From IMG/VR virus record IMGVR_UViG_3300045988_017255: a stretch of DNA of 42,384 bases; one strand, given 5' to 3'. Each line of letters begins with the position of its first letter. Within the stretch, counting starts at the first letter, position 1. This DNA is from a virus. A program made the translations under genes and the position numbers. A model generated the notes under the pieces. That model worked only from the letters and a program-made list of their open reading frames with translations. It did not search any database and was not told the origin of the DNA. This document shows positions 15,954 through 23,041 of the stretch, in pieces.

Positions 15954-16236
15954 CGGATGCATCCTCCTTTTCCGGCTCCAGTTTCCAAATATCCCGGGTG
16001 ACCTTGGAAACCTGGGGGATATCCCCTGCATACAGGGCGTTCAGGAAATCGGCCTCACTGGTTCCGCACAGAACAAAGTGTGGCTCTGTGATGACCTTGT
16101 ACCCGGAATATACGGTTGTCTTATTGCTGCCGCAAACCAGGTCGCCCACCTCGGCCACATTGCTCTCCGACCGCATAGCTACCCGGACGCCGCACCTTTC
16201 AGCCACGATGGCGTAGTAATGTCTTTGCGTCTTCAT
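15940..16236 (-). CDS. Hypothetical protein (98 aa)
   Basis: ATG at 16236 overlaps the upstream stop (ATGA). Confidence 0.55.
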   Translation of the reverse strand: MKTQRHYYAIVAERCGVRVAMRSESNVAEVGDLVCGSNKTTVYSGYKVITEPHFVLCGTSEADFLNALYAGDIPQVSKVTRDIWKLEPEKEDASDVDI

Positions 16237-16952
16237 TCCTCCACCCCCGAAATCTCGCCGTTTTGCAGCGTATACCATGTGTTTTCCTTGACGACTTCTC
16301 CGTCCACCCTTACGATTTTGGCGTCGATGATGTTTCCGTCATCGTCACGCTCCGATACCACAAGCCAGTTGCCCACAGAGCCTCTTGCAAGGCTATCTTG
16401 GCCCCATGCAACGGCGATGCACTGAGCACCATCCGCAGATGCTCTTCCATATGGGCCGGATGCAACAGCCGTGCCACTCTCACCCGATGCGGCGGCGTTG
16501 CCCCTCACACCCGATGCGGCGGCGTTGCCCCTCCAGCCCGATGCGGCGGCGTTGCCACTCCAGCCCGATGCGGCGGCGTTGCCACTCTCACCCGATGCGG
16601 CGGCGTTGCCACTCTCACCCGATGCGTTTTCCTCGGTTGCGCTCTCGCACTTGTCAAACACAAACCGCACACCTGCGTTGATAACGCCTTTCAGCCCGAT
16701 TTCTGCACCGATCTTGATATGTTTGCCGCAAACCTTGCTGTCATAGCCACTACGCTGTCCGTTGTCCTCAATCTCCACCTCGCAGTACCGGCTATCGCCA
16801 GGTCTATAGTAGCGTAGCGTGTCCAGCGGGTTCTCGCAGGCGTGGGGTCCGCGATTGCACAGCTCTGCGGTTTCCTCCGTGTACTCGCCGCCGACCTCAT
16901 ACTGAAAGCCTCGGCACCTCAAATTTTTATCAAATCCCTTGCACGCTTTCAT
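16233..16952 (-). CDS. Early protein with DUF7666-like N-terminus and SG-x-x-GNAAA nonapeptide repeats
   Basis: The N-terminal KACKGFDKNLRCRGFQYEVGGEY pattern recurs in phage proteins, from memory. The central part has 5-6 tandem 9-aa repeats. Confidence 0.6.
   Translation of the reverse strand: MKACKGFDKNLRCRGFQYEVGGEYTEETAELCNRGPHACENPLDTLRYYRPGDSRYCEVEIEDNGQRSGYDSKVCGKHIKIGAEIGLKGVINAGVRFVFDKCESATEENASGESGNAAASGESGNAAASGWSGNAAASGWRGNAAASGVRGNAAASGESGTAVASGPYGRASADGAQCIAVAWGQDSLARGSVGNWLVVSERDDDGNIIDAKIVRVDGEVVKENTWYTLQNGEISGVEE
16471..16626. repeat. 27-nt tandem repeat x about 5.7 (in-frame coding repeat)
   Basis: The core cccgatgcggcggcgttgcc is repeated with variable 7-nt linkers. Units start at 16483, 16510, 16537, 16564 and 16591. 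Confidence 0.9.
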
Positions 16953-16972
16953 CTTGATTTCCTCCCAATTTA

Positions 16973-17071
16973 CTATTTGCCTGGTCTATCCAGCTTGTCC
17001 ACCAGCTTCACGAACATCCACGCCACCGTAGCCGCGCCGATGATAACCAGCGTCAATGTGTAACCGTCCAT
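16973..17071 (-). CDS. Small membrane peptide (32 aa)
   Basis: MDGYTLTLVIIGAATVAWMFVKLVDKLDRPGK has a single TM segment. GGAGGAG SD upstream. Confidence 0.45.
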   Translation of the reverse strand: MDGYTLTLVIIGAATVAWMFVKLVDKLDRPGK

Positions 17072-17073
17072 GT

Positions 17074-17271
17074 TTACTCCTCCCGCTCCGCAATCCACTT
17101 GTCCAGCAGATTGGGGAAAATCTGAAAAACACGCCGTTTCCCTCCGATAACGCACAGGCCAAAAGGATACACACCCTGTTCAATCCCGTTTGACAGCGTG
17201 TCCTGCGAAATGCTCAGTCCATGCGCCCGAAGATGCTCCATGCACTCTTGCAGCGACATCGTCTTAATCAT
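17074..17271 (-). CDS. Excisionase/MerR-like HTH protein
   Basis: 65 aa. It follows cro and the ATG overlaps the cro stop. The small size fits an Xis-like winged-helix protein. Confidence 0.5.
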   Translation of the reverse strand: MIKTMSLQECMEHLRAHGLSISQDTLSNGIEQGVYPFGLCVIGGKRRVFQIFPNLLDKWIAEREE

Positions 17272-17486
17272 CGTTCCTCCTTATTCGCCGCCCGGATAGC
17301 TTCCGCAGCAGCCTTGATCTCCTCCTCCGACACGCCGTACAGCTTCGCCATTTTCTTGTAATACTTCCGTGCCGGTGCCCAGTCTCCGTATTCCCAATGT
17401 CTTACGCAGGACTGGTCAACAAACAGCTTCTTGCCTACCTGTGTGCAGGAAAGATTTGCTCTATCCCGCATCTCTCTCAATGTCAA
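17268..17486 (-). CDS. Cro-like XRE-family HTH regulator
   Basis: MTLREMRDRANLSCTQVGKKLFVDQSCVRHWEYG is an HTH_XRE pattern. TTG start with a GGAGGG SD. It is the first gene of the minus-strand early array, divergent from the lysogeny module. Confidence 0.7.
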   Translation of the reverse strand: MTLREMRDRANLSCTQVGKKLFVDQSCVRHWEYGDWAPARKYYKKMAKLYGVSEEEIKAAAEAIRAANKEER

Positions 17487-17517
17487 ATTGTCTTCCCTCC
17501 TTATATGTGAGATTTCA

Positions 17518-17546
17518 TTGACTGCGGCGGGGGCATATGCTACAAT
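17518..17546 (+). promoter_or_regulatory. Sigma-70-type promoter (TTGACT-N17-TACAAT)
   Basis: TTGACT at 17518-17523 and TACAAT at 17541-17546. It drives the 43-aa peptide gene. Confidence 0.6.
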
Positions 17547-17610
17547 GTTTCTGCAGGGATTGCCGGTTTACCTCCGCTCGTTTGTTGGCTTGACGAAAGG
17601 AGGTGAACCA

Positions 17611-17742
17611 ATGGCCAAAAACTCTGTGCGGACAAGCAAGACCGTTGCGTCCAAGGCGTCAAAAGCTTTGAGCAGCGGAAAGACCAGCAAGACCACCAAA
17701 ACGATTGCAGCGTCTGCCTTGTCCAACCGCCGGTCTAAGTGA
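17611..17742 (+). CDS. 43-aa Ser/Thr/Lys-rich basic peptide, unknown
   Basis: MAKNSVRTSKTVASKASKALSSGKTSKTTKTIAASALSNRRSK. AAGGAGGTGA SD 6 nt upstream. It has its own promoter and terminator. Confidence 0.55.
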   Translation: MAKNSVRTSKTVASKASKALSSGKTSKTTKTIAASALSNRRSK

Positions 17743-17750
17743 CCGGACAG

Positions 17751-17782
17751 CCGCCTCGTGTTACCGCACGGGGCGGTTTTTC
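17751..17782 (+). terminator. Intrinsic terminator
   Basis: 10-bp stem CCGCCTCGTG / CACGGGGCGG, loop TTACCG, then TTTTT. Confidence 0.8.
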
Positions 17783-17811
17783 TATCCCCGCCGCAGTCTG
17801 TGAGTTTTCAC

Positions 17812-17840
17812 TTGACAAATGCAACCGCCGCCGCTATTAT
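17812..17840 (+). promoter_or_regulatory. Sigma-70-type promoter (TTGACA-N17-TATTAT)
   Basis: TTGACA at 17812-17817 and TATTAT at 17835-17840. A ~190-nt leader follows before the 233-aa gene. Confidence 0.6.
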
Positions 17841-18037
17841 GTAAGTGTCAGCCAACAAAATATCGGCTATGGAACCCGCAAAAGAAGAAATTCTATGGGG
17901 GCTTGGTTTTTTGTTGCCTTTATGATTGCTCACAAGATGATTATAGCGTACATATTGTGTGTTGTAAAGTATCAAAACGACCGTTTTGTAAGTTTTGTCA
18001 GATTGCACAAAAAAACTATTCGTTTTTTGAGGGAAAC

Positions 18038-18739
18038 ATGATATTCGATATTGGCTTAATTCTCGCACGGCTTAAAGTCCCAAATAACCCGTATATCTAT
18101 TATCCAGAACAGTATGAGCAAGATTCATCGCAAAGCATTATTGCGGCAAACAATAGGTATGATTTAACTCGTTTTTCACAACACGAAGCGGCTGTTATCA
18201 GAGAAGTGTTATATACCGTTAAAACAAAGTACCCTGCGGAATATCAAGCGCTTGGGCTTGTAAATGAGGCGTATGTAATAACATATAAGCCGCGATATGT
18301 TCTTTTTGAAATTGCCGTAACAAAATATAGAAATTCGGCATCGTGTTTTGACAAGTTTGCGGTTGCTTATGCGTTTGCAAACAAAGGTTCTGATTTTGGG
18401 CTTGCCGCAATCGGTGCGTTTGAGGAAGCAATCGGAGAAATATCATTTACTGTTTTAGATAAATTCGCATCATTAAGTTTTGCAAAAATATGCAACGAGT
18501 TTTCAAAGTTATATGAGCAAGAATGGGAATTTGATAGTGCCATCTTTTGGTTAAAAAAAGCGATTTGCCGTGGCGGATTAAACAACAAATATTTTGCGGA
18601 AAGAATCAGCGAAATAGAGAAAAGAAAAATTGATATAATCAAAAACAATAAGCGCAAGCGCAACAGACGCATATCCGCTGAAAACGAAAAATTCGAATAT
18701 GACTTACACGCTGCCGCCTTGCAATTTATTCAGGAGTAA
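18038..18739 (+). CDS. Unknown 233-aa protein (AT-rich moron upstream of the repressor)
   Basis: ATG at 18038. Visibly AT-richer than its flanks. The stop lies 3 nt before the repressor-like gene. No motif recognised. The C-terminus is basic (KNNKRKRNRR). Confidence 0.65.
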   Translation: MIFDIGLILARLKVPNNPYIYYPEQYEQDSSQSIIAANNRYDLTRFSQHEAAVIREVLYTVKTKYPAEYQALGLVNEAYVITYKPRYVLFEIAVTKYRNSASCFDKFAVAYAFANKGSDFGLAAIGAFEEAIGEISFTVLDKFASLSFAKICNEFSKLYEQEWEFDSAIFWLKKAICRGGLNNKYFAERISEIEKRKIDIIKNNKRKRNRRISAENEKFEYDLHAAALQFIQE

Positions 18740-18742
18740 AAT

Positions 18743-19144
18743 ATGCCAAAAAGAGATACAGTTCGGCCCAACATGAATTCAATAGCAGAGAAGGTTTCGG
18801 CTAAAAGTTGGAGCGAAGCGTCGTTTTCGCAAATGGTTGGTAAACACAGGAGATGGCTAAGTGAGGTTAGGCGCGATAAGAACCTCCCATCCCCCAAGGA
18901 AGCCGCGAAAATGTGCGTCCTGCTGCAGGTTGATCCAGAGGACATATTGCTGGAGCAGGCAGATATCGAGCTGGTGCGGGGCCTGCTGGAAAATGAAAAA
19001 GCCCCCGGCATAAATGCCGAGGGGTTCGTGCCGACTATGAAGGATTGGGAAGAACAGGCCGAAAACTGGACGGATGACCAAATTCTTCAAGCGATGCAGA
19101 AGCTTGTGGAGATTCAGCAGAGGAGGCGCAGCGATGGGCGTTGA
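18743..19144 (+). CDS. CI-like XRE-family HTH repressor
   Basis: SIAEKVSAKSWSEASFSQMVGKHRRWLSEVRRDKNLPSPKEAAKMCVLLQVDPEDIL is an HTH_XRE pattern. Lies in the lysogeny module. Confidence 0.65.
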   Translation: MPKRDTVRPNMNSIAEKVSAKSWSEASFSQMVGKHRRWLSEVRRDKNLPSPKEAAKMCVLLQVDPEDILLEQADIELVRGLLENEKAPGINAEGFVPTMKDWEEQAENWTDDQILQAMQKLVEIQQRRRSDGR

Positions 19145-19240
19145 GCTGACAAGGAGTGCAAAAAAGGCGTTGGCAACTCTCTACACGGATTACTGCCAAT
19201 AAGCGGCGTTCCATTTACAAGGACGAATGTCTTTTCTCCG

Positions 19241-19411
19241 TCAGATGCAATCAGGACTTTTGCGTTTGATAATCCCATTTTCTTCAAGCTCCTTCCATAG
19301 TTCAACTTTTTCTTCTTCCGTCAGTGTGCGCAAGGCAGACATAAAATCCGATTTGGCGTACATGTGATGCTCTTTTCTAATTATGCCGTATTTCTCTTCG
19401 ATTGCAAACAT
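19241..19411 (-). CDS. Small hypothetical protein (56 aa) convergent with the repressor gene
   Basis: MFAIEEKYGIIRKEHH... GGAGGA SD upstream of the ATG at 19411. AT-rich. Confidence 0.4.
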   Translation of the reverse strand: MFAIEEKYGIIRKEHHMYAKSDFMSALRTLTEEEKVELWKELEENGIIKRKSPDCI

Positions 19412-19453
19412 TCGGTCTATTCCTCCACAATAAGTGTTTTCACCTATACCACC

Positions 19454-19487
19454 AAACACGGTGTTTGTTGCACACTTTTGTGCAACA
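19454..19487. promoter_or_regulatory. Two adjacent perfect palindromes (candidate operators)
   Basis: AAACAC-G-GTGTTT at 19454-19466 and TGTTGCACA-CTTT-TGTGCAACA at 19466-19487, in the divergent intergenic region. Confidence 0.45.
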
Positions 19488-19703
19488 AAATCGTAGAAAA
19501 TAGAAATTTTGTTCTACCCTCCCCATCCCCGCACCGGACGGGGAGGGTATTGCCCACGAATCACCTAACGGTTTATCGTTTGCTCTGCCATCATATCAAA
19601 AATAAATCGGGTGGCGCAATCCCGAAAAAGGCAATATCCCCAAATTTGGGGTTTGCAAAATAATGCGGGCTATGCCCGAAAAAGGGGAAGAAGGCAATTA
19701 AAC

Positions 19704-20297
19704 ATGGAGAAATCGTTGCAGGACACTTGCCGGGACGCAAAACTGGAACAGCACATCACGGCGCAGGAGATAGCAGACCAATCCGGTGTGCCTTTGTCCA
19801 GCGTTAACAACTTTTTTGCATCCACATCTAAAGCACCGGGCGTGTATGCGGCTGGTCCCATATGCAGGGTGCTGGGGGTGTCTATGGACCGTTACTTTGG
19901 CATTGTAGAGGTTGTTTTGGCGCAAGACCAAATCAAGCAGCTCCAGCAAGTCCATGACGAGGATGTGCGCCTTGCACGGATAGAGGGCGCATACGATGAG
20001 CTGTCCAAATCAGCAGAGGAGCAGAAGAAAAAAGCAAGGCGGCAGCGCACGATGCTGTATATCACATCGCTGCTGTCCGCTATCCTGCTGGGTATAGTTA
20101 CATGGTATGTGGCGCTTGATTACCGTGTGCAGGACGAAGGCCTAATCCGATCCAGGACAGCCGGTACGATTGCATGGATTGTCATTGCGCTTTTGGCGGT
20201 GGGTATCGGCGTACTTACATCCGTGCTATTGTCCACTCTTACGGCGGGCAAAAAAACCACACAAGGCGAGGAAGCAGAAAATGAGCAACTGCATTAA
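19704..20297 (+). CDS. Membrane-anchored XRE-family HTH regulator
   Basis: N-terminal HTH (ITAQEIADQSGVPLSSVNNFF), a coiled-coil middle, and two C-terminal TM segments (LYITSLLSAILLGIVTWYV; IAWIVIALLAVGIGVLTSVLL). Confidence 0.65.
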   Translation: MEKSLQDTCRDAKLEQHITAQEIADQSGVPLSSVNNFFASTSKAPGVYAAGPICRVLGVSMDRYFGIVEVVLAQDQIKQLQQVHDEDVRLARIEGAYDELSKSAEEQKKKARRQRTMLYITSLLSAILLGIVTWYVALDYRVQDEGLIRSRTAGTIAWIVIALLAVGIGVLTSVLLSTLTAGKKTTQGEEAENEQLH

Positions 20298-21372
20298 ATG
20301 CGGAACAACTCTTGTCCCGGGCGCCGTATATTGCCATCTCTGTGGCAAAAAACAGGTAACAGAGCGGCGCAAGGCATTGAAGCGGGCCAACGGCACCGGA
20401 ACTGTATACAAACTGGCGGGGCGTAGAAAATCGCCTTGGGTGGCCGCAAAAAACAAAGTGATTATCGGGCATTATGAGCGCAAAACGGCCGCGCTGGACG
20501 CTTTGGAGCGATTGAACGGCAAGAGCTTAACGGAGCGGTATAATATGACCTTTGCAGAAGTGTTTGATGCGTGGAAAGCAGAGCATTACAAGGAGATTGG
20601 CAAGCAGGGGATAGAATCATATAACAATGCCTACCGCATATTTACGCCGCTCCACGGGAAAAAGTTTCGTGATCTCCGCACCGCAGACTTTCAGGCCGTA
20701 CTTGACCCACACATGACCAAGAGCCATTCCACCGTGAACAAGTATAAGCAGCTCATAACGCAGATGTCGAACTGGGCAATCCGGGAGGAAATCTGCACGA
20801 CAAATTTTGCAAAGTTTGTCCGGCTGCCAGAAAATGTAAAAAAAGAAAAGGACATCTTCACGGTGGAAGATATCCGTAAATTGGAATCCGACAACAGCGA
20901 TGCGGCGAAAATTGTCTTGATGCTGCTGGCAACGGGTATGCGTATCGGAGAACTGTTTGCCCTACCTCTGGCAGACTGTCACGGCGATTATGTGATCGGC
21001 GGCGAAAAAACCGAAGCCGGCAGAAACCGAATTATCCCCATCCGCCCGGAGGGGAAACAATACTTTGCCTATTTTGCGAAGCAAGCAACGGGGGAGCTGC
21101 TTTTATCCGGCTACGATGGGCAAAAAGTCCCGGCGAACTTCCGCAGGCGAGATTTTTACCCGCTCCTTGACAGGCTGGGAATAGAGCGCAAGACCCCGCA
21201 CGCAACACGCCACACATACGCATCCCGGGCGGTAAAAGAGGGATTGCCCCCGGAAATGCTGCAAAAAATACTCGGACACGCCGATTATTCCACCACCGCA
21301 AACATATATACGCACATCGACGCGCAGACACTTGTGGATGCTGTTACTAACACGTTACTAACAAATAAATAA
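20281..21372 (+). CDS. int: Tyrosine integrase with N-terminal zinc ribbon
   Basis: CIKCG...CHLCG ribbon at the N-terminus. Catalytic pattern ATGMRIGE (R), HATRHTYAS (HxxR), LGHADYSTTANIYTH (H...Y). Adjacent to attP. Confidence 0.9.
   Translation: MSNCIKCGTTLVPGAVYCHLCGKKQVTERRKALKRANGTGTVYKLAGRRKSPWVAAKNKVIIGHYERKTAALDALERLNGKSLTERYNMTFAEVFDAWKAEHYKEIGKQGIESYNNAYRIFTPLHGKKFRDLRTADFQAVLDPHMTKSHSTVNKYKQLITQMSNWAIREEICTTNFAKFVRLPENVKKEKDIFTVEDIRKLESDNSDAAKIVLMLLATGMRIGELFALPLADCHGDYVIGGEKTEAGRNRIIPIRPEGKQYFAYFAKQATGELLLSGYDGQKVPANFRRRDFYPLLDRLGIERKTPHATRHTYASRAVKEGLPPEMLQKILGHADYSTTANIYTHIDAQTLVDAVTNTLLTNK
21343..21363 (+). repeat. Arm-type integrase site candidates: GTTACTAACA x2, 11-nt phasing
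   Basis: Copies at 21343-21352 and 21354-21363, inside the 3' end of int. Confidence 0.5.
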
Positions 21373-21388
21373 TAAGCAAAAGAGAAAA

Positions 21389-21421
21389 AGCCTTGAAACC
21401 GTTGAGTTTCAAGGCTTTTTT
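21389..21421. terminator. Bidirectional intrinsic terminator after int, abutting the tRNA-like core
   Basis: 11-bp stem AGCCTTGAAAC / GTTTCAAGGCT, with T-runs on both strands. Confidence 0.8.
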
Positions 21422-21467
21422 GGTGCCCCGTCGGGGATTCGAACCCCGGACACCCTGCTTAAAAGGC
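21421..21467 (-). other. attP core: 3' part of a tRNA-Lys(UUU) gene (anticodon loop to CCA), not a complete tRNA
   Basis: The minus strand reads gcCTTTTAAgcagg-gtgtc-CGGGGTTCGAATCCCCG-acggggc-a-cca. That is an anticodon loop, variable loop, canonical T-arm, acceptor 3' strand and CCA. No matching 5' acceptor or D-arm lies upstream. Confidence 0.7.
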
Positions 21468-21579
21468 GTAAGCCAGTTCGAAAAGCACAGTATATTGTTG
21501 CGATAAAGCGGTATAGCACGGTATTTATTGGTGTTTTTCTTGCGAAAATGTTACGCTATACTACGCCGTATCGTTTGGG

Positions 21580-21599
21580 TTACTATCAAATTACTATCA
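21580..21599 (+). repeat. Arm-type site candidates: TTACTATCA x2, 11-nt phasing
   Basis: Copies at 21580-21588 and 21591-21599. Related to TTACTAACA at 21344-21363. Confidence 0.45.
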
Positions 21600-21732
21600 C
21601 TACAAGCTCGCCGGATCACAACAGATGCCTTGACGTGCATGGGGTTACAAGTTCAAGTTCTGTACCGCGCACCAAAAAAGTCCAGGAATCTCAATGGTTC
21701 CCGGACTTTTTTATTTTTGCCAAGATTAACTT

Positions 21733-21751
21733 TGTTAGTAGCGTGTTAGTA
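21733..21751 (-). repeat. Arm-type site candidates in inverted orientation: TGTTAGTA x2, 11-nt phasing
   Basis: Copies at 21733-21740 and 21744-21751, the reverse complement of TACTAACA. Confidence 0.45.
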
Positions 21752-21759
21752 GTAGCGAT

Positions 21760-22083
21760 TTAGGTTAGTTTTTTTAGGACGCTATTATAAGCTTTCTCAT
21801 TGACGATTTTAAGGGTGTCCATAAGCTCGTCCATGACTTCCCACGCCCTATCCTGCGCCACATTCCCGACCGCTTTCAAAAATTCACTGCCGGAGGGGTT
21901 TATTGTCTTGGCCGGCGCAGACTCTGCGGAATACAGCATTGGGGGAGCTTTCGCCTGCAGTTGCTCCCCGCCGTGCTCGTTACGGATAATGTAGAGAGCC
22001 GCCAGTTTCTCATAATTGGGCCAGCTTGATTCTTCTGTTTCCAGCCGTGCGATCCATAGTTTCAGCTCGGTTTCATCGATCAT
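21760..22083 (-). CDS. Hypothetical protein (107 aa)
   Basis: ATG at 22083 (MIDETELKLWIARLE...) with a GGGGG SD. Last gene before attP. Confidence 0.55.
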   Translation of the reverse strand: MIDETELKLWIARLETEESSWPNYEKLAALYIIRNEHGGEQLQAKAPPMLYSAESAPAKTINPSGSEFLKAVGNVAQDRAWEVMDELMDTLKIVNEKAYNSVLKKLT

Positions 22084-22096
22084 GGGGAATCCCCCT

Positions 22097-22474
22097 TTAA
22101 TTCTCCATAAGGCTGACAGCGCGGCGCAGGGCCTCCCTGACGCGCTCGTCATCCGTTTCCCGCATCATGTCGTTTAGCTGGGTGCGCAGATGCTCCGCGC
22201 CATCCGCGCGGCTGTAATGTCCGCGCACATAGTGCGATCCGCGCCGCGCGTAGGAGCTGCCCCGGCCATAGGCGCCGCGCATATCCGCTTCCCAATCACC
22301 GCCGCCAGAATAGCCTTCTGATTCCATCATGTCAATTTTATCTATGTTCTTGATGGTTGCTGTCAGTTTGTGGGCAATTTCCAGGTCACCCGCACCCAAT
22401 TCGCCTTTTCGGGCCAGTTCGTCCAGCTCCTTGCAGAGCATATCCCGCAGTTCATACATAGATTTCATACCCAT
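22097..22474 (-). CDS. Hypothetical protein (125 aa; helical ends, Gly/Arg/Tyr-rich centre)
   Basis: MGMKSMYELRDMLCKELDELARKGEL... AAGGAG SD. Confidence 0.6.
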   Translation of the reverse strand: MGMKSMYELRDMLCKELDELARKGELGAGDLEIAHKLTATIKNIDKIDMMESEGYSGGGDWEADMRGAYGRGSSYARRGSHYVRGHYSRADGAEHLRTQLNDMMRETDDERVREALRRAVSLMEN

Positions 22475-22488
22475 TGTGTTCTCCTTTC

Positions 22489-22911
22489 TCAGCTCACACG
22501 GTCGATGGTCAGGTTGCTATTGGCAAAGCTGACCGCCTCCGCGCTGGTGTTCTTCGCTGCCACAGTCACGCAGCAGCCGCGCGGCACTTCCACGATGGCG
22601 CTGACGTAGATGTTAAAATAGTTTTCCACCGCAGCCGGGGTGACGGTCGCCGTTGCTCCGTTGAGTGCTTCGCCGTTGACGGCAAGCGCCGTGGTGATCG
22701 CGCCTACCGTTCCACCCGTGGGGACAGCGATGTTTGCGCCAAAGCTCACCTTAAAACGCGCCTTACACTGCTGCGTCAGCCCACGCAGGGTAACAAGGCC
22801 GCTGCCCTCACGGTGGACGATGCAGGGCTTGCCGCAAGCCGCCGTTGCAATCAGCGGTACATTCTGCCCAGCGGGGACGGTCGCGATTCCGGGATTCACA
22901 TATTCAGCCAT
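22489..22911 (-). CDS. BclA C-terminal-domain-like (C1q/TNF jelly-roll-like) protein
   Basis: 140 aa, with the beta-rich pattern ...ALAVNGEALNGATATV...NSNLTIDRVS. This resembles BclA/BxpB-type exosporium domains. The call is by eye only. Confidence 0.35.
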   Translation of the reverse strand: MAEYVNPGIATVPAGQNVPLIATAACGKPCIVHREGSGLVTLRGLTQQCKARFKVSFGANIAVPTGGTVGAITTALAVNGEALNGATATVTPAAVENYFNIYVSAIVEVPRGCCVTVAAKNTSAEAVSFANSNLTIDRVS

Positions 22912-22927
22912 ATATTTCAGTCCTTTC

Positions 22928-22961
22928 TAAAAATACAGCGGCGAGGCAATAGCCCCGCCGC
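22928..22961 (-). terminator. Intrinsic terminator
   Basis: On the minus strand: a 10-bp stem GCGGCGGGGC / GCCTCGCCGC (one G-U pair), loop TATT, then TGTATTTTT. Confidence 0.65.
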
Positions 22962-23041
22962 GTTGTCGTAGTATCGGCACGGGGCCGACCATCTCGGTAA
23001 CGTCACCGATATGGTGACCGAGAAGCTATGCTATGCAGTTG

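Noticed and set aside
19134-19202. 22-codon plus-strand ORF (MGVELTRSAKKALATLYTDYCQ) overlapping the end of the repressor gene, possibly the N-terminal remnant of a larger gene.
   Set aside because: It is too short, and no convincing continuation exists in another frame. I cannot tell a pseudogene from chance.
21640-21740. Second tRNA-like 3' end on the plus strand (…GTTCAAGT…ACCGCGCACCA, followed by a hairpin and T-run).
   Set aside because: The putative T-stem does not pair canonically: G53-C61 is missing and there is one mismatch. No complementary 5' acceptor exists. It is more likely a hairpin plus terminator, or at most a decayed att relic.
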